In this document: positions 1-9,600 of the stretch, in pieces | Layout: each line of letters begins with the position of its first letter | Numbering within the stretch: the stretch's first letter is position 1 | Assembly: GCA_963705115.1 (NCBI GenBank) | Contig: CAVPIX010000016.1 | Location: forward strand, 579,051-643,050 | DNA length: 64,000 nucleotides | From: an uncultured delta proteobacterium | GTDB taxonomy: Bacteria; Desulfobacterota; Desulfobaccia; Desulfobaccales; 0-14-0-80-60-11 | Direction: 5' to 3' | Position numbers and translations under genes: made by a program | Notes under the pieces: model-generated | Seen by the model: only the letters and a program-made list of their open reading frames with translations | Told to the model about the DNA's origin: nothing | Database searches by the model: none

Positions 1-1
1 A

Positions 2-148
2 TTCTTGCCGGTGGAGTTGGGCCTGGCCAAGCACTTCGACGCCAAGGCCACCCGGTTCCCCATCTGGCTTTATTTTCATGTGCAGCACATCCTGGGCTGG
101 ATTTTGATCCCCATTGCCCTGGCCAGCATTTATACCCAGATTAAGTAA
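2..148 (+). CDS. 3' end of a gene entering from upstream of the window; hydrophobic C-terminal tail, product not identifiable
   Basis: Frame open from position 2 to TAA at 146-148; encodes FLPVELGLAKHFDAKATRFPIWLYFHVQHILGWILIPIALASIYTQIK*, a helix-like hydrophobic tail. Too short for a family call. Confidence 0.4.
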   Translation, partial: FLPVELGLAKHFDAKATRFPIWLYFHVQHILGWILIPIALASIYTQIK

Positions 149-160
149 GGGACTCCTGGG

Positions 161-364
161 CTAATCTTCCGGCCACCCTTCCCGGCAGCGCTTCTTGGCT
201 TCTTTGCCGCAGAGTTCCCAGATGAAGCAGGAGGGCCGGGTCTTGCAATATTGGCAGGGGTCGGTGCAGGCCCGGCATTGGTCCAAACATTCCTGGCAGT
301 AGTGGTATTCCATCTTGTCGCAGCGGTAGGGGGCCTCCCGCCCCGGATGAAAGCGGCAATCCAT
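161..364 (-). CDS. small cysteine-rich protein (67 aa, 12 Cys), function unknown
   Basis: ORF MDCRFHPGREAPYRCDKMEYHYCQECLDQCRACTDPCQYCKTRPSCFIWELCGKEAKKRC...; AAGGAGG/GAGGA purine-rich stretch just upstream of the ATG (complement of 365-390). The two overlapping longer ORFs (130..426, 141..899) have repeat-derived low-complexity translations. Confidence 0.5.
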   Translation of the reverse strand: MDCRFHPGREAPYRCDKMEYHYCQECLDQCRACTDPCQYCKTRPSCFIWELCGKEAKKRCREGWPED

Positions 365-406
365 GTTCCTCTTTTGTCCTCCTTGGGGTATATAATATCA
401 AACTGA

Positions 407-660
407 TTATGCCCTTTGCTCCGCAAAGAGAAAAAATATGTTTACGTGGGGGAAGGGCAGGGACCTGAGGTCCCTGCCCTCCCCCACACCCCCCTCCCAA
501 CCCGCAGAGGGTCCGAGAAAGGCGGGGCCATGGGCCCCGACTTTCTCGGGAAATACTCCCCGTAGGGGATTGGGGAGGGGGTGCGGGGGAGGGCTTGCAG
601 CCCTTAGCCCTCTCCCCCGCTAGACCTGCGATAATATCTTTTGCGGAGCAAAGGACATAA
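407..660. repeat. MITE-like nested-palindrome element, full copy with both terminal inverted repeats
   Basis: Left end TTATGCCCTTTGCTCCGCAAAG (407-428) is the reverse complement of right end CTTTTGCGGAGCAAAGGACATAA (638-660) apart from small differences. Interior: hairpin GGGCAGGGACCTGAGGTCCCTGCCC; C-rich arm CCCCCACACCCCCCTCCCAACCC pairing with GGGATTGGGGAGGGGGTGCGGGGG; central hairpin GAGAAAGGCGGGGCCATGGGCCCCGACTTTCTC; hairpin GGGCTTGCAGCCC. Related copies at 19354-19563, 32948-33175, 36941-37153. Confidence 0.75.
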
Positions 661-758
661 TCGAAAGAGCAAAAAGCCGGACGCCAGACCTTCTCCGGAG
701 TTGCTTCGGGGAAGCCGGCTGCATCCCGGCTACACAGCCGCGCAGGGGAGAGTAAACC

Positions 759-1442
759 ATGCCGGATGACAGGGACGACCCCTTTCTCGAAGCCCGGCGG
801 ATGATGGTGGAGACTCAGATCCGGCGACGGGGGGTCGCCGATGCCCGGGTGCTGGCGGCCATGGGCAAGGTGCCCCGCCACCGTTTCGTCCCCAGGCACC
901 TCTGGGAACAGGCCTATGGCGACTACCCCCTCCCCATCGGCGAGGACCAGACCATCTCCCAGCCCTATATCGTGGCCCTGATGACCGAGGCCCTGGAACT
1001 CAAAGGAAGGGAAAAAGTCCTGGAGTTGGGCACCGGCTCGGGCTATCAGGCCGCCGTCCTGGCGGAGATAGCCGACCGGGTTTACACCATCGAGCGCCTG
1101 CCCTCCCTGGCCCGCAGCGCCGAGCAGGTGTTAAACGCTTTGGGATACCAGAATGTGCAGGTGCGAGTGGCCGACGGCACCCTGGGGTGGCCCGAGGAGG
1201 CGCCCTTCGATGCCATCCTGGTCACCGCCGGCTCCCCCCAGGTGCCCGCCCCCCTGGTGGAGCAGTTGGCCATGGGGGGCCGCCTGGTAATCCCCGTGGG
1301 GGACCGCTACAGCCAAACCCTAACCAAAGTGCGCCGTTTGCCGGAAGGCCTGAAACAGGAATATTTAGGGGGCTGCCGCTTCGTCAAGCTCATCGGCAAG
1401 CACGGCTGGGAGGCGGAGAAAGGGTTGGAGACGGGCTTCTGA
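759..1442 (+). CDS. pcm: protein-L-isoaspartate O-methyltransferase
   Basis: 227-aa ORF with PIMT hallmarks ([24 protein letters not shown] motif [23 protein letters not shown]). Confidence 0.9.
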   Translation: MPDDRDDPFLEARRMMVETQIRRRGVADARVLAAMGKVPRHRFVPRHLWEQAYGDYPLPIGEDQTISQPYIVALMTEALELKGREKVLELGTGSGYQAAVLAEIADRVYTIERLPSLARSAEQVLNALGYQNVQVRVADGTLGWPEEAPFDAILVTAGSPQVPAPLVEQLAMGGRLVIPVGDRYSQTLTKVRRLPEGLKQEYLGGCRFVKLIGKHGWEAEKGLETGF

Positions 1443-1628
1443 TACCAAGTCAAAGATGAGACCCCTGGGAAAAGCATTATGGTCATCCTGAGCAAAGCGA
1501 AGGATCTCATCTTGTCAAATAGTTATGCGATAAGATTCTTCGGTCGCTCCGCTCCCTCAGAATGACAGTTCTTAGGACTTTCCCAGTCGTTCCTGAGAGT
1601 TTGACTCTCTCAAAACCATAAAAGGATC

Positions 1629-1736
1629 GGTGGGGCGGGCTTCCCCGCCCGCCACTCGGTGCGCAGAGCGCACCCTACATCTTCTTTGAACCTTGAACTA
1701 TGAACTTTGAACTTTGAACTTTGAACTTTTCAAGGC
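1629..1736. repeat. composite intergenic repeat: GC hairpins followed by six tandem heptamers (YWTGAAC, 1685-1726)
   Basis: GGTGGGGCGGGCTTCCCCGCCCGCCAC hairpin, GGTGCGCAGAGCGCACC hairpin, then TTTGAAC CTTGAAC TATGAAC TTTGAAC TTTGAAC TTTGAAC. A second copy of the same module order, ending in CTTTGAACTTTTCCAAG, lies at 33974-34062. Confidence 0.8.
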
Positions 1737-1784
1737 AGAAGTCTTACAGTGGTAGCGGTGCAGTCCCCTTAACCCCGGCGGGCC

Positions 1785-3677
1785 TCACCTTTCCCGGGCC
1801 ATGTGGGCGTTGGCGAAGTAGCTGGCCAGAAACCGCCGGGCTATGGGCGCGGCCACCTCGCCCCCCTGGCCGCCGTGCTCGACGATGACGGAGACGGCCA
1901 CCTCGGGGTTGTCAGCCGGGGCATAGGCCACGAACCAGGCGTGGTTCTGGAACTTGCGGATACTCCTGCCGGCCTTCTCTTTTTCCAAGGAAACCACCTG
2001 GGAAGTGCCGGTCTTGCCCGCCACCTCCACATCGTAAAGAGCGGCCCGCCGGCCGGTGCCGCTGCGCACCACCCCCAACAAACCCCGGCGCACCGCCGCC
2101 AGGTTGGCGGGACTGGCATCCAGGCGGCCCTGCACTACCGGCTGAAAGCGGTAGAGAATTTCCCCAGCCGGGGTTTCCACTTTATCCACCAACTGGGGCT
2201 TGTAAACCGTGCCGCCGTTGGCCACGGTGGCGGCCATCCAGGCCACCTGCAAGGGCGTGGCCAGGTTGTACCCCTGACCGATGGACAGGTTCAAGGTGTC
2301 GCCCTCGGTCCAGGGGGCCCTGTAACGGGTGCGCTTCCATTCCGGAGTGCCGATCAGCCCCGGCAGTTCCCCCCCGAGCTTGAGCCCCGAAGGAACGCCC
2401 ATCCCGAATTTCTTGCCCCATTGGGCGATGCGCTCGATGCCCAGCCGGCGCCCCACCTCGTAAAAATAGACATCGCAGGACTGCACCAGGCCCTGATACA
2501 AGGCCACGCTGCCGTGCCCCGACTTTCTATGGCAGCCGAACTCATGATTGCCCACGGTGAGATACCCGGAGCAATGAAAAGTGGTGTGGGGAGTGATGAC
2601 CTTTTCCTCCAGGCCGGCCAACGCCATGAGAATCTTGAAGGTGGAGCCGGGGGGATACTGTCCTTTGATGGTGCGGTTCATCAGGGGATGGTTCTTATTG
2701 TCCAGGAGCTTCTGCCATTCCTCGGCTTTAACCCCCCCCTGGAAGGTTTCCTGGGAGAAACTGGGGGAGGAGGCCAGGACCAGAACCTTGCCGTTTTGGG
2801 GGTTGATGGCCGCAATGGCGCCCACCTTGCCCTGGAGGATGTTTTCGGCCTCCCGCTGCAAACGGGTGTCCAGGGTCAACCGGATGTTGGCCCCGGAGAT
2901 TGCGGCGGTTTGGTCCAGGCTGCCCAACTCCCGGCCAAAGGCGTCCACCTCGATGCGGCGGGAGCCCTGCCGGCCCCGGAGAGTGTCCTCCCAGGACGCC
3001 TCGATGCCGGAGCGGCCGATATAATCCCCCATCTTGTAGGAGGGGTAACGGCCGCTCTTGAGCTGGGGATCGGTGATTTCCCCGATGTAGCCCAATATAT
3101 GGCTGGCCACGGAGGGCTGATGATAGACCCTTTTAGCGGCAATGACGATGAACACCCCGGGAAGTTCGGCCTTATAGGTCTCCACCAGGGCCATCTCGTC
3201 CCAGGCAAGGTGGGTTTTGAGACGCACCTGGGTGAGACCGGCCTGGCGAGCCTTGTCAATCTGGGCGGTGATCACACTCCCGTCAATTTTCAGGAGCGAC
3301 CCCAGACGCCGGCCCAAAAGCTCCGGGTCCTGGATGTCTTCCAGGGTGGCCATGAGGTTGAAGCTGTGCTGGTTGTCCACCAGGACCGCGCCGCTCCGGT
3401 CCAGGATCATGCCCCGCCAGGAGGGCAGATCGAGAGAGCGGATGCGGTTGGATTCCGAACGGGTCTGGAGATACTCCCCCTGGACCAACTGGAGATACCA
3501 GAGGCGCAGAAAAAGAAGCCCAAAGAGCAGGAGCACCACCGGGGCCACCCTTATCAGGACCCGCCGGGAGCGCTCCAGCTCCTCCGGGGTCATGCTGTCG
3601 CCCAGGGGTTCTTCCTGGTAAGGGTATTGCAGCGGCTGGGAAGGTTTATCGAGCTTCATGTAACCATCATCAAGCAT
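1785..3677 (-). CDS. mrdA: penicillin-binding protein 2 (elongation-specific transpeptidase)
   Basis: 630-aa ORF; N-terminal TM helix, active-site STFK (PPGSTFKILMALAG), KTGT motif (VAGKTGTSQV); last gene of the mreBCD-mrdA string. Confidence 0.9.
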   Translation of the reverse strand: MLDDGYMKLDKPSQPLQYPYQEEPLGDSMTPEELERSRRVLIRVAPVVLLLFGLLFLRLWYLQLVQGEYLQTRSESNRIRSLDLPSWRGMILDRSGAVLVDNQHSFNLMATLEDIQDPELLGRRLGSLLKIDGSVITAQIDKARQAGLTQVRLKTHLAWDEMALVETYKAELPGVFIVIAAKRVYHQPSVASHILGYIGEITDPQLKSGRYPSYKMGDYIGRSGIEASWEDTLRGRQGSRRIEVDAFGRELGSLDQTAAISGANIRLTLDTRLQREAENILQGKVGAIAAINPQNGKVLVLASSPSFSQETFQGGVKAEEWQKLLDNKNHPLMNRTIKGQYPPGSTFKILMALAGLEEKVITPHTTFHCSGYLTVGNHEFGCHRKSGHGSVALYQGLVQSCDVYFYEVGRRLGIERIAQWGKKFGMGVPSGLKLGGELPGLIGTPEWKRTRYRAPWTEGDTLNLSIGQGYNLATPLQVAWMAATVANGGTVYKPQLVDKVETPAGEILYRFQPVVQGRLDASPANLAAVRRGLLGVVRSGTGRRAALYDVEVAGKTGTSQVVSLEKEKAGRSIRKFQNHAWFVAYAPADNPEVAVSVIVEHGGQGGEVAAPIARRFLASYFANAHMARER

Positions 3678-3740
3678 TTGTCGGGCGGGCGCCGCCTGCC
3701 GATTAATACAAAGTTGCGATCATAAAAAGCGAAAACGTTT

Positions 3741-4256
3741 TTACCAGGCGGCCGGGGTCTGGCTCCGGGGCCGGCCCAGGCGTCCCAGGTGGCGCTCCAG
3801 GGTCCGAATCAAGGCGAAAAACACCGGGGTCAGACCTGCCGTGACCAACATTTCCAACCCCCGGGACCAGGACAGATTCTCGAGAAACATATCCCGGGAC
3901 CACACCAAAGAAAGGATCAGCCGCGCCCCCAGTTCCTGGAGGACCATGGCCACCAGCATTGCCAGGATCAGAAAGGCGTTGCTTTTCACCAGGAAGGTTG
4001 GACGGACCAGACGGGCCAAACCCACCATAATCAGGGAACTCAGCAGATGCACCCCGAAGGGAGCCAAAGCGTAACTGTCCTGCAGCAGCCCCAGAAACAC
4101 CGCCAGAATCAGGGCTCGGGGCAGGGAGTCTCTGAGGCTGACGTAAAACAGCAAAGGCGCCAGGGGGCGGATATAAACCTGGGGGGCCAGCAAGACCTCG
4201 CTCAGGTAAAACATGCCCAGTCCCAGGAGCAGGAAAAAGCCGAGAGAGGAAAACAT
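3741..4256 (-). CDS. mreD: rod shape-determining protein MreD
   Basis: 171-aa polytopic hydrophobic protein starting at ATG (complement 4254-4256), 2 nt after the mreC stop. The 320-aa track ORF 3741..4703 is an artefactual 5' extension overlapping mreC in another frame. Confidence 0.8.
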   Translation of the reverse strand: MFSSLGFFLLLGLGMFYLSEVLLAPQVYIRPLAPLLFYVSLRDSLPRALILAVFLGLLQDSYALAPFGVHLLSSLIMVGLARLVRPTFLVKSNAFLILAMLVAMVLQELGARLILSLVWSRDMFLENLSWSRGLEMLVTAGLTPVFFALIRTLERHLGRLGRPRSQTPAAW

Positions 4257-4258
4257 GG

Positions 4259-5095
4259 CTAAGGGTTCAAAGAAAGCTTGGCGGTCTTGACGATGAGCAC
4301 TTCTTCCAGGGCGGAGAGGTTCTCCGCCGGGGCCACCATAATGTCCTGGAAAGGCCCGCCGCCGCTTTTGTCCACCTGGGTCACCCGGCCGAAGGTCTGA
4401 CCGGCGGGATAAATGCCCCCCAGCCCCGAGGCCAGCACCAGATCTCCCACCTCGACATCGGCATTTTTCGGGACATACTCCAGGGAGCAGCGGTTGCCCC
4501 CTTTGCCCTGAATAATGCCCCGCACCCGGTTGCGCTGGATGATGGCGTCGGCGCCGCTGTTGCGGTCCACGATGAGCATCACCTTGGCATAGTGGGGATA
4601 AGTTTCCACAATGCGGCCGACGATGCCGGCCGCGCTGAGGACGGGGAGCCCCACGGCCGCGCCTTCGCTTTTGCCCATATCGATGATCACGCAGCGGGAC
4701 CACTGGGAGGGGTCATAGGCCACCACCCGGGCCCCGGAGACCGGCAGGGCCAGTTGTTTTTTCAGATCGAGGAGGCCCTCCAGGCGCTTGGTCAGGAGCA
4801 GGGCCTCCTGGTAGCGCACCTCCTTCTGGTCAAGCTCTTCCAGGCGCCTCTTGAGTTCGGCGTTTTCCTGCTTGACCCCCACCAGATAAAAGTAATCCGA
4901 CCAGACGCGCTTTAAAGACCCGCCCACCAGGTTCAGGCCTTTGATGACCGGAGCCGTCCCGGAAATGACGACACCCTCCAGAGTCTTCACCACCGGCGAT
5001 TGTTTCAGGCTTAAGGACAGGAGAGCGAGAACAACAAACAGGGTGGCGGCGATTACCAGGGGGGTGCGCAACCGGGTTCTAAGACGCACATTCAT
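4259..5095 (-). CDS. mreC: rod shape-determining protein MreC
   Basis: N-terminal TM, coiled-coil segment (ENAELKRRLEELDQKE), C-terminal beta-rich domains typical of MreC. ATG at 5095 preferred over the TTG at 5104. Confidence 0.9.
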   Translation of the reverse strand: MNVRLRTRLRTPLVIAATLFVVLALLSLSLKQSPVVKTLEGVVISGTAPVIKGLNLVGGSLKRVWSDYFYLVGVKQENAELKRRLEELDQKEVRYQEALLLTKRLEGLLDLKKQLALPVSGARVVAYDPSQWSRCVIIDMGKSEGAAVGLPVLSAAGIVGRIVETYPHYAKVMLIVDRNSGADAIIQRNRVRGIIQGKGGNRCSLEYVPKNADVEVGDLVLASGLGGIYPAGQTFGRVTQVDKSGGGPFQDIMVAPAENLSALEEVLIVKTAKLSLNP

Positions 5096-5100
5096 GGGCC

Positions 5101-6266
<1,166 letters not shown>

Positions 6267-6403
6267 TTAAATTTTTCCCGGAAGGCGCTGGGAACCACAA
6301 CAGCCTTTGGTCATCAGGCTCAGGGGGGTATGGCGGGAAGGCTCAAGGGGCGGGCGGAGATTATCCCAGTCGCCTCTTATCCTTAATTTGGCCTATCGTC
6401 TCC

Positions 6404-6432
6404 TTGACAAAAGGGCGCTGAAATGGTTTATA
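6404..6432 (+). promoter_or_regulatory. candidate sigma70-type promoter of rpmH-rnpA
   Basis: TTGACA (6404-6409), 17-nt spacer, TTTATA (6427-6432); about 40 nt upstream of the rpmH ATG, which has its own AAGGAAG RBS (6459-6465). Confidence 0.35.
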
Positions 6433-6472
6433 AAAAGTTTGTGACAAAAAATGTCCTTAAGGAAGAATCTCC

Positions 6473-6607
6473 ATGAAACGAACCTATCAGCCGAGCAGAC
6501 GGCGCCGGTCCCGCACCCACGGCTTTCTGAGCCGCATGAGCACCAGGGGCGGACGCCGGGTGTTGCAAAATCGCCGGGCCAAGGGCCGCAAACGCCTCTC
6601 GGTGTGA
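6473..6607 (+). CDS. rpmH: 50S ribosomal protein L34
   Basis: Not in the ORF track (44 aa). Translation [44 protein letters not shown] is the canonical L34 sequence. Confidence 0.95.
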   Translation: MKRTYQPSRRRRSRTHGFLSRMSTRGGRRVLQNRRAKGRKRLSV

Positions 6608-6623
6608 ACCAGAGGGAGCCTCG

Positions 6624-7016
6624 CTGACGCCTACCCCCGAGTCATCCAGTGACGAAGCCCCGCACACGGCCCGCTTTACCCGGGAGGAGCGGCTCCGCCG
6701 CCGCCGGGAGTACCTCAGGGCCCAGGCCCGGGGCAAAAGGCTTTACACGGCGCATTTCGGCGTCACCCTGGCCCCGGGAGAGGGGCAAGGCCCCCGCCTG
6801 GGGCTGGTGGCGGGACGCAAGATAGGCAAAGCCTGTCGGCGCAACCGGGTGAAGCGCCTCCTCCGGGAGTTTTTCAGACGCCACAAGGGGTTGCTGCCGC
6901 CCGGGGACATTATCATCATGGCCAAAAAAGGGGCTCCTGATTTGACCTATGCCCAGGTGCAGGCCGAGCTGGCCCGAATCCTGCTCCCCCGCACCCACCC
7001 TGATCGACATGACTAA
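6624..7016 (+). CDS. rnpA: ribonuclease P protein component; 5' end uncertain (no ATG/GTG/TTG available)
   Basis: RnpA-like sequence RFTREERLRRRREYLRAQARGKRLYTAHFGVTLAP...PRLGLVAGRKIGKACRRNRVKRLLREFFR. Frame is open from 6540. The only start-like codon upstream of the conserved part is CTG at 6624; the track ORF starts at an internal GTG (6807). Confidence 0.8.
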   Translation: MTPTPESSSDEAPHTARFTREERLRRRREYLRAQARGKRLYTAHFGVTLAPGEGQGPRLGLVAGRKIGKACRRNRVKRLLREFFRRHKGLLPPGDIIIMAKKGAPDLTYAQVQAELARILLPRTHPDRHD

Positions 7017-7218
7017 GCTGGCCCTGGGACTCATCCGAGCCTATCAACTGTTCATAGCACCCCTACTTCCCAACTGCTGCCGGTTTGTTCCGAGCTGCTC
7101 GCAGTATGCCGCGGAGGCCATAAAAATTTACGGCTGCGTCAAAGGCTTGGGGCTGAGCCTGAAAAGGCTCCTGCGCTGTCACCCTCTCCATCCCGGCGGT
7201 TGGGACCCGGTTCCCTGA
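7009..7218 (+). CDS. yidD: membrane protein insertion efficiency factor YidD
   Basis: 69 aa, MTKLALGLIRAYQLFIAPLLPNCCRFVPSCSQYAAEAI...CHPLHPGGWDPVP, canonical YidD. ATG overlaps the rnpA stop (ATGACTAA). Confidence 0.9.
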   Translation: MTKLALGLIRAYQLFIAPLLPNCCRFVPSCSQYAAEAIKIYGCVKGLGLSLKRLLRCHPLHPGGWDPVP

Positions 7219-7228
7219 GGAGCTTTCT

Positions 7229-8911
7229 ATGCAAACACGGACCATCCTGGCCGTGGTGCTGAGTTTTCTGGTCTTTTTCCTGTTCACCTATCTTGGTCAG
7301 AATTTCGGGCCCAAGCCGCCGGCGGAAGCTCCCGCGCCCCAGACGGCGGGGTTGGCCACACCCTCACCGTCCCCGGAGCCCAAACCGGTTGCGGCTACCG
7401 CAGCTCCGGCTCAACCGGCCTCCCCGTCCCGACCGGCCCGGGAGGTGGTGGTGGACACCGAACTCTATCGGGCGGTCTTCACAGAGCAGGGGGCCGGTCT
7501 CAAGAGCTTTCAGTTAAAAAATTTCAAGCACAGCCTGCCCATCGAGACCATCTCCAAATTCAGCCTGGGGCCGGTGAGCTTTGAGCTGGAACGCTTTAAG
7601 GACCAGGGACAGGCCGCGGCCAAACTGAAAGAACTGGTCACGGCCGACCCGGCTCAGGCCAGGCCCCTGAGCTTCTCCTGGGAAAGCCGCGACCTGACGG
7701 TGCCGGCCACGCTGTTTTATGAAGCCAGCGCTCCGGCCCTCACCCTGAAGGACGGCGACGCCGGCGCCCTGACCTTCAAGGGCGTTACCCCCGAGGGCTT
7801 GGAGATTACCAGGACCTACCAGTTTCAGGGGCAAAGCTATGTGTTTAACCTGAAAACCACGGTGGCCAACCGCACCTCGCAGAATCTGGAGGGCAAACTC
7901 AACCTGGCCCTTACCGGCACGGCCAGTGGCCAGCCCCAGGACGCCCAGGGCCTGGCAATTTTTGTGGACAAGGCCTTAAAGGAATTTAAGTCAGGGGAAC
8001 TCAAGGAACCCAAGGTTTTTGCCGACAAAGTTCAATGGGTGGCGTTAAACGAATTGTATTTCCTGGCCGCGGCGGTGCCGACGGACGCCCCCCAGGTGCA
8101 GGCCACCCTGGCGGAGACGCCCCCGAATCAACTGGCGGCCACCCTGAACCTGCCTGAGAAAATCAGCGCCGGCCAGGAGGGCCAGGCCGCCAATGCGTTT
8201 TATTTCGGCCCCAAGGACATTAGCGATCTTCGGGCTGCAAACCTGGGGCTGGACAGGGTGGTGGATTTCGGCTGGTTCGACTGGCTGGCCCGGCCCTGCC
8301 TCTACTTTCTCAAGTGGCTCAACAGCTATATCCACAATTATGGCTGGTCCCTGATTATCATCACCATCCTCCTGAGGGTGGTCTTCTTGTATCCCAACCA
8401 CAAGAGCTTTCAGTCCATGAAGACCATGCAGAAGATTCAGCCACGGGTGGCGGAAATCAGGGAGAAGTACAAGGATGACCGGGAGGCCATGAACCGGGAG
8501 CTCATGAACCTGTACCGCACCTTCAAGGTCAATCCCCTGGGGGGCTGCCTCCCCATGGCCCTGCAGTTGCCGGTGTTTCTGGCCTTGTACAATCTGCTCA
8601 GCAGTTCCATCGAGCTGCGGCACGCCTCTTTCATCCCCACCCTGCCCTTCACCAACATCGTCTGGCTGGCCGACCTGTCCGCCAAGGACCCGCTGCTCAT
8701 CACCCCCATCATCATGGGGGCCACCATGTTCATCCAGCAGAAAATGTCTCCTTCGCCGGGCGACCCCGCCCAGGCCAAGATGATGATGTTTCTGCCGCTG
8801 ATCTTTACCTTTCTCTTCCTCAATTTTGCTTCCGGCCTGGTGATTTACTGGCTGGTGAACAACGTTCTGGCCATCGCCCAGCAGTATTTCACCAACAAGT
8901 ATCTCAAATAG
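7229..8911 (+). CDS. yidC: membrane protein insertase YidC
   Basis: 560 aa; N-terminal TM, large periplasmic domain, C-terminal 5-TM core with conserved ...MQKIQPRVAEIREKYKDDREAMNRELMNLYRTFKVNPLGGCLP... Confidence 0.95.
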   Translation: MQTRTILAVVLSFLVFFLFTYLGQNFGPKPPAEAPAPQTAGLATPSPSPEPKPVAATAAPAQPASPSRPAREVVVDTELYRAVFTEQGAGLKSFQLKNFKHSLPIETISKFSLGPVSFELERFKDQGQAAAKLKELVTADPAQARPLSFSWESRDLTVPATLFYEASAPALTLKDGDAGALTFKGVTPEGLEITRTYQFQGQSYVFNLKTTVANRTSQNLEGKLNLALTGTASGQPQDAQGLAIFVDKALKEFKSGELKEPKVFADKVQWVALNELYFLAAAVPTDAPQVQATLAETPPNQLAATLNLPEKISAGQEGQAANAFYFGPKDISDLRAANLGLDRVVDFGWFDWLARPCLYFLKWLNSYIHNYGWSLIIITILLRVVFLYPNHKSFQSMKTMQKIQPRVAEIREKYKDDREAMNRELMNLYRTFKVNPLGGCLPMALQLPVFLALYNLLSSSIELRHASFIPTLPFTNIVWLADLSAKDPLLITPIIMGATMFIQQKMSPSPGDPAQAKMMMFLPLIFTFLFLNFASGLVIYWLVNNVLAIAQQYFTNKYLK

Positions 8912-8931
8912 GCCTCGGGGGGATCAGTATC

Positions 8932-9600
8932 ATGGATTTCGTGGAATTTGAAGGCAAAACCACAGAGGAGGCCATTGCCCAGGCCTGTGCCCATTTCCAA
9001 CTTCCCGCGGAGAGTCTGGACATCGAAATTATCTCCGTGGGTTCCCCGGGAATCTTCGGGATCGGCGGACGCAAGGCTCGAGTCCGGGTGAACCTGAAGG
9101 CCGAAGGCGACGATGATCTTTTGCCCCAGGCCCAGGAACTCCTGGAGCATATCCTGGAGCTGATGGGAGAAAAGGGCAAAGTCAAAGGCCGCTTTGACGA
9201 GGAAGAACGGCTCAGTTTGAGCGTCGACGCCGAGGACGCCGGGCTCCTCATCGGCAAACAGGGCCAGACCCTGGAAGCCCTGCAGTATCTCCTCACCAAA
9301 ATGATCGCCAAGAAGGCCCGCCGCAAGGTGCGGGTGTTCATCGATATCGAGTCCTACCGGGCCCGGCACCAGGAGGCCCTCACCCAGTTGGCCCTCAAAT
9401 CCGGGGAGAAAGCCAAGAGGAGCGGCAAGCCCATTACGCTGAACCCCATGAACCCCCATGACCGCCGCATCATCCACCTGGCCCTCCAGGGGGACAAGGA
9501 AGTCAAGACCATGAGCCGGGGTGAAGGCCTCTACAAAAAAGTGGTGGTTTACCCGGCCCGCAAGAAAGATATCCAGGAGAACAGCTCCAGCTCCCTATGA
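8932..9600 (+). CDS. jag: RNA-binding protein Jag/KhpB (Jag-N, KH and R3H domains)
   Basis: 222 aa; MDFVEFEGKTTEEAIAQA (Jag_N), KH-like GLLIGKQGQTLEALQYL, R3H-like LNPMNPHDRRIIHLAL; conserved position after yidC. Confidence 0.85.
   Translation: MDFVEFEGKTTEEAIAQACAHFQLPAESLDIEIISVGSPGIFGIGGRKARVRVNLKAEGDDDLLPQAQELLEHILELMGEKGKVKGRFDEEERLSLSVDAEDAGLLIGKQGQTLEALQYLLTKMIAKKARRKVRVFIDIESYRARHQEALTQLALKSGEKAKRSGKPITLNPMNPHDRRIIHLALQGDKEVKTMSRGEGLYKKVVVYPARKKDIQENSSSSL

Noticed and set aside
141-899. 252-aa minus-strand ORF and other ORFs running through repeat elements (438..623, 19188..19625, 19222..19617, 33007..33270, 36145..36426, 13401..13799, 12045..12298)
   Set aside because: They translate the GC-hairpin repeats. 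Recurrent pseudo-peptides such as GVWGEGRDLRSLALPP, VPKLNLGTRK and ARASCPC appear wherever a repeat copy occurs, in either orientation. There is no start/RBS support and they overlap real genes.
1803-3725. 640-aa plus-strand ORF (and similar long ORFs 34104..35531 -, 31827..33161 -, 43604..44554 +, 46385..47326 +, 25760..26488 +, 54570..55427 -, 23901..25031 +)
   Set aside because: Each lies antisense to a gene with clear family motifs (mrdA, EF-G, oxidoreductase, prfB, cobT, RND pump, istA, OMF). Their translations are Gly/Pro/Arg/His-rich low-complexity strings typical of the stop-poor antisense frames of high-GC DNA.
3741-4703. 320-aa version of the mreD ORF, and the 341-aa version of mreB starting at 6263
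   Set aside because: The N-terminal extensions overlap mreC in another frame (mreD) or consist of non-conserved sequence upstream of a strong AAGGAG-ATG start (mreB, 6131). The conserved proteins start at 4256 and 6131.
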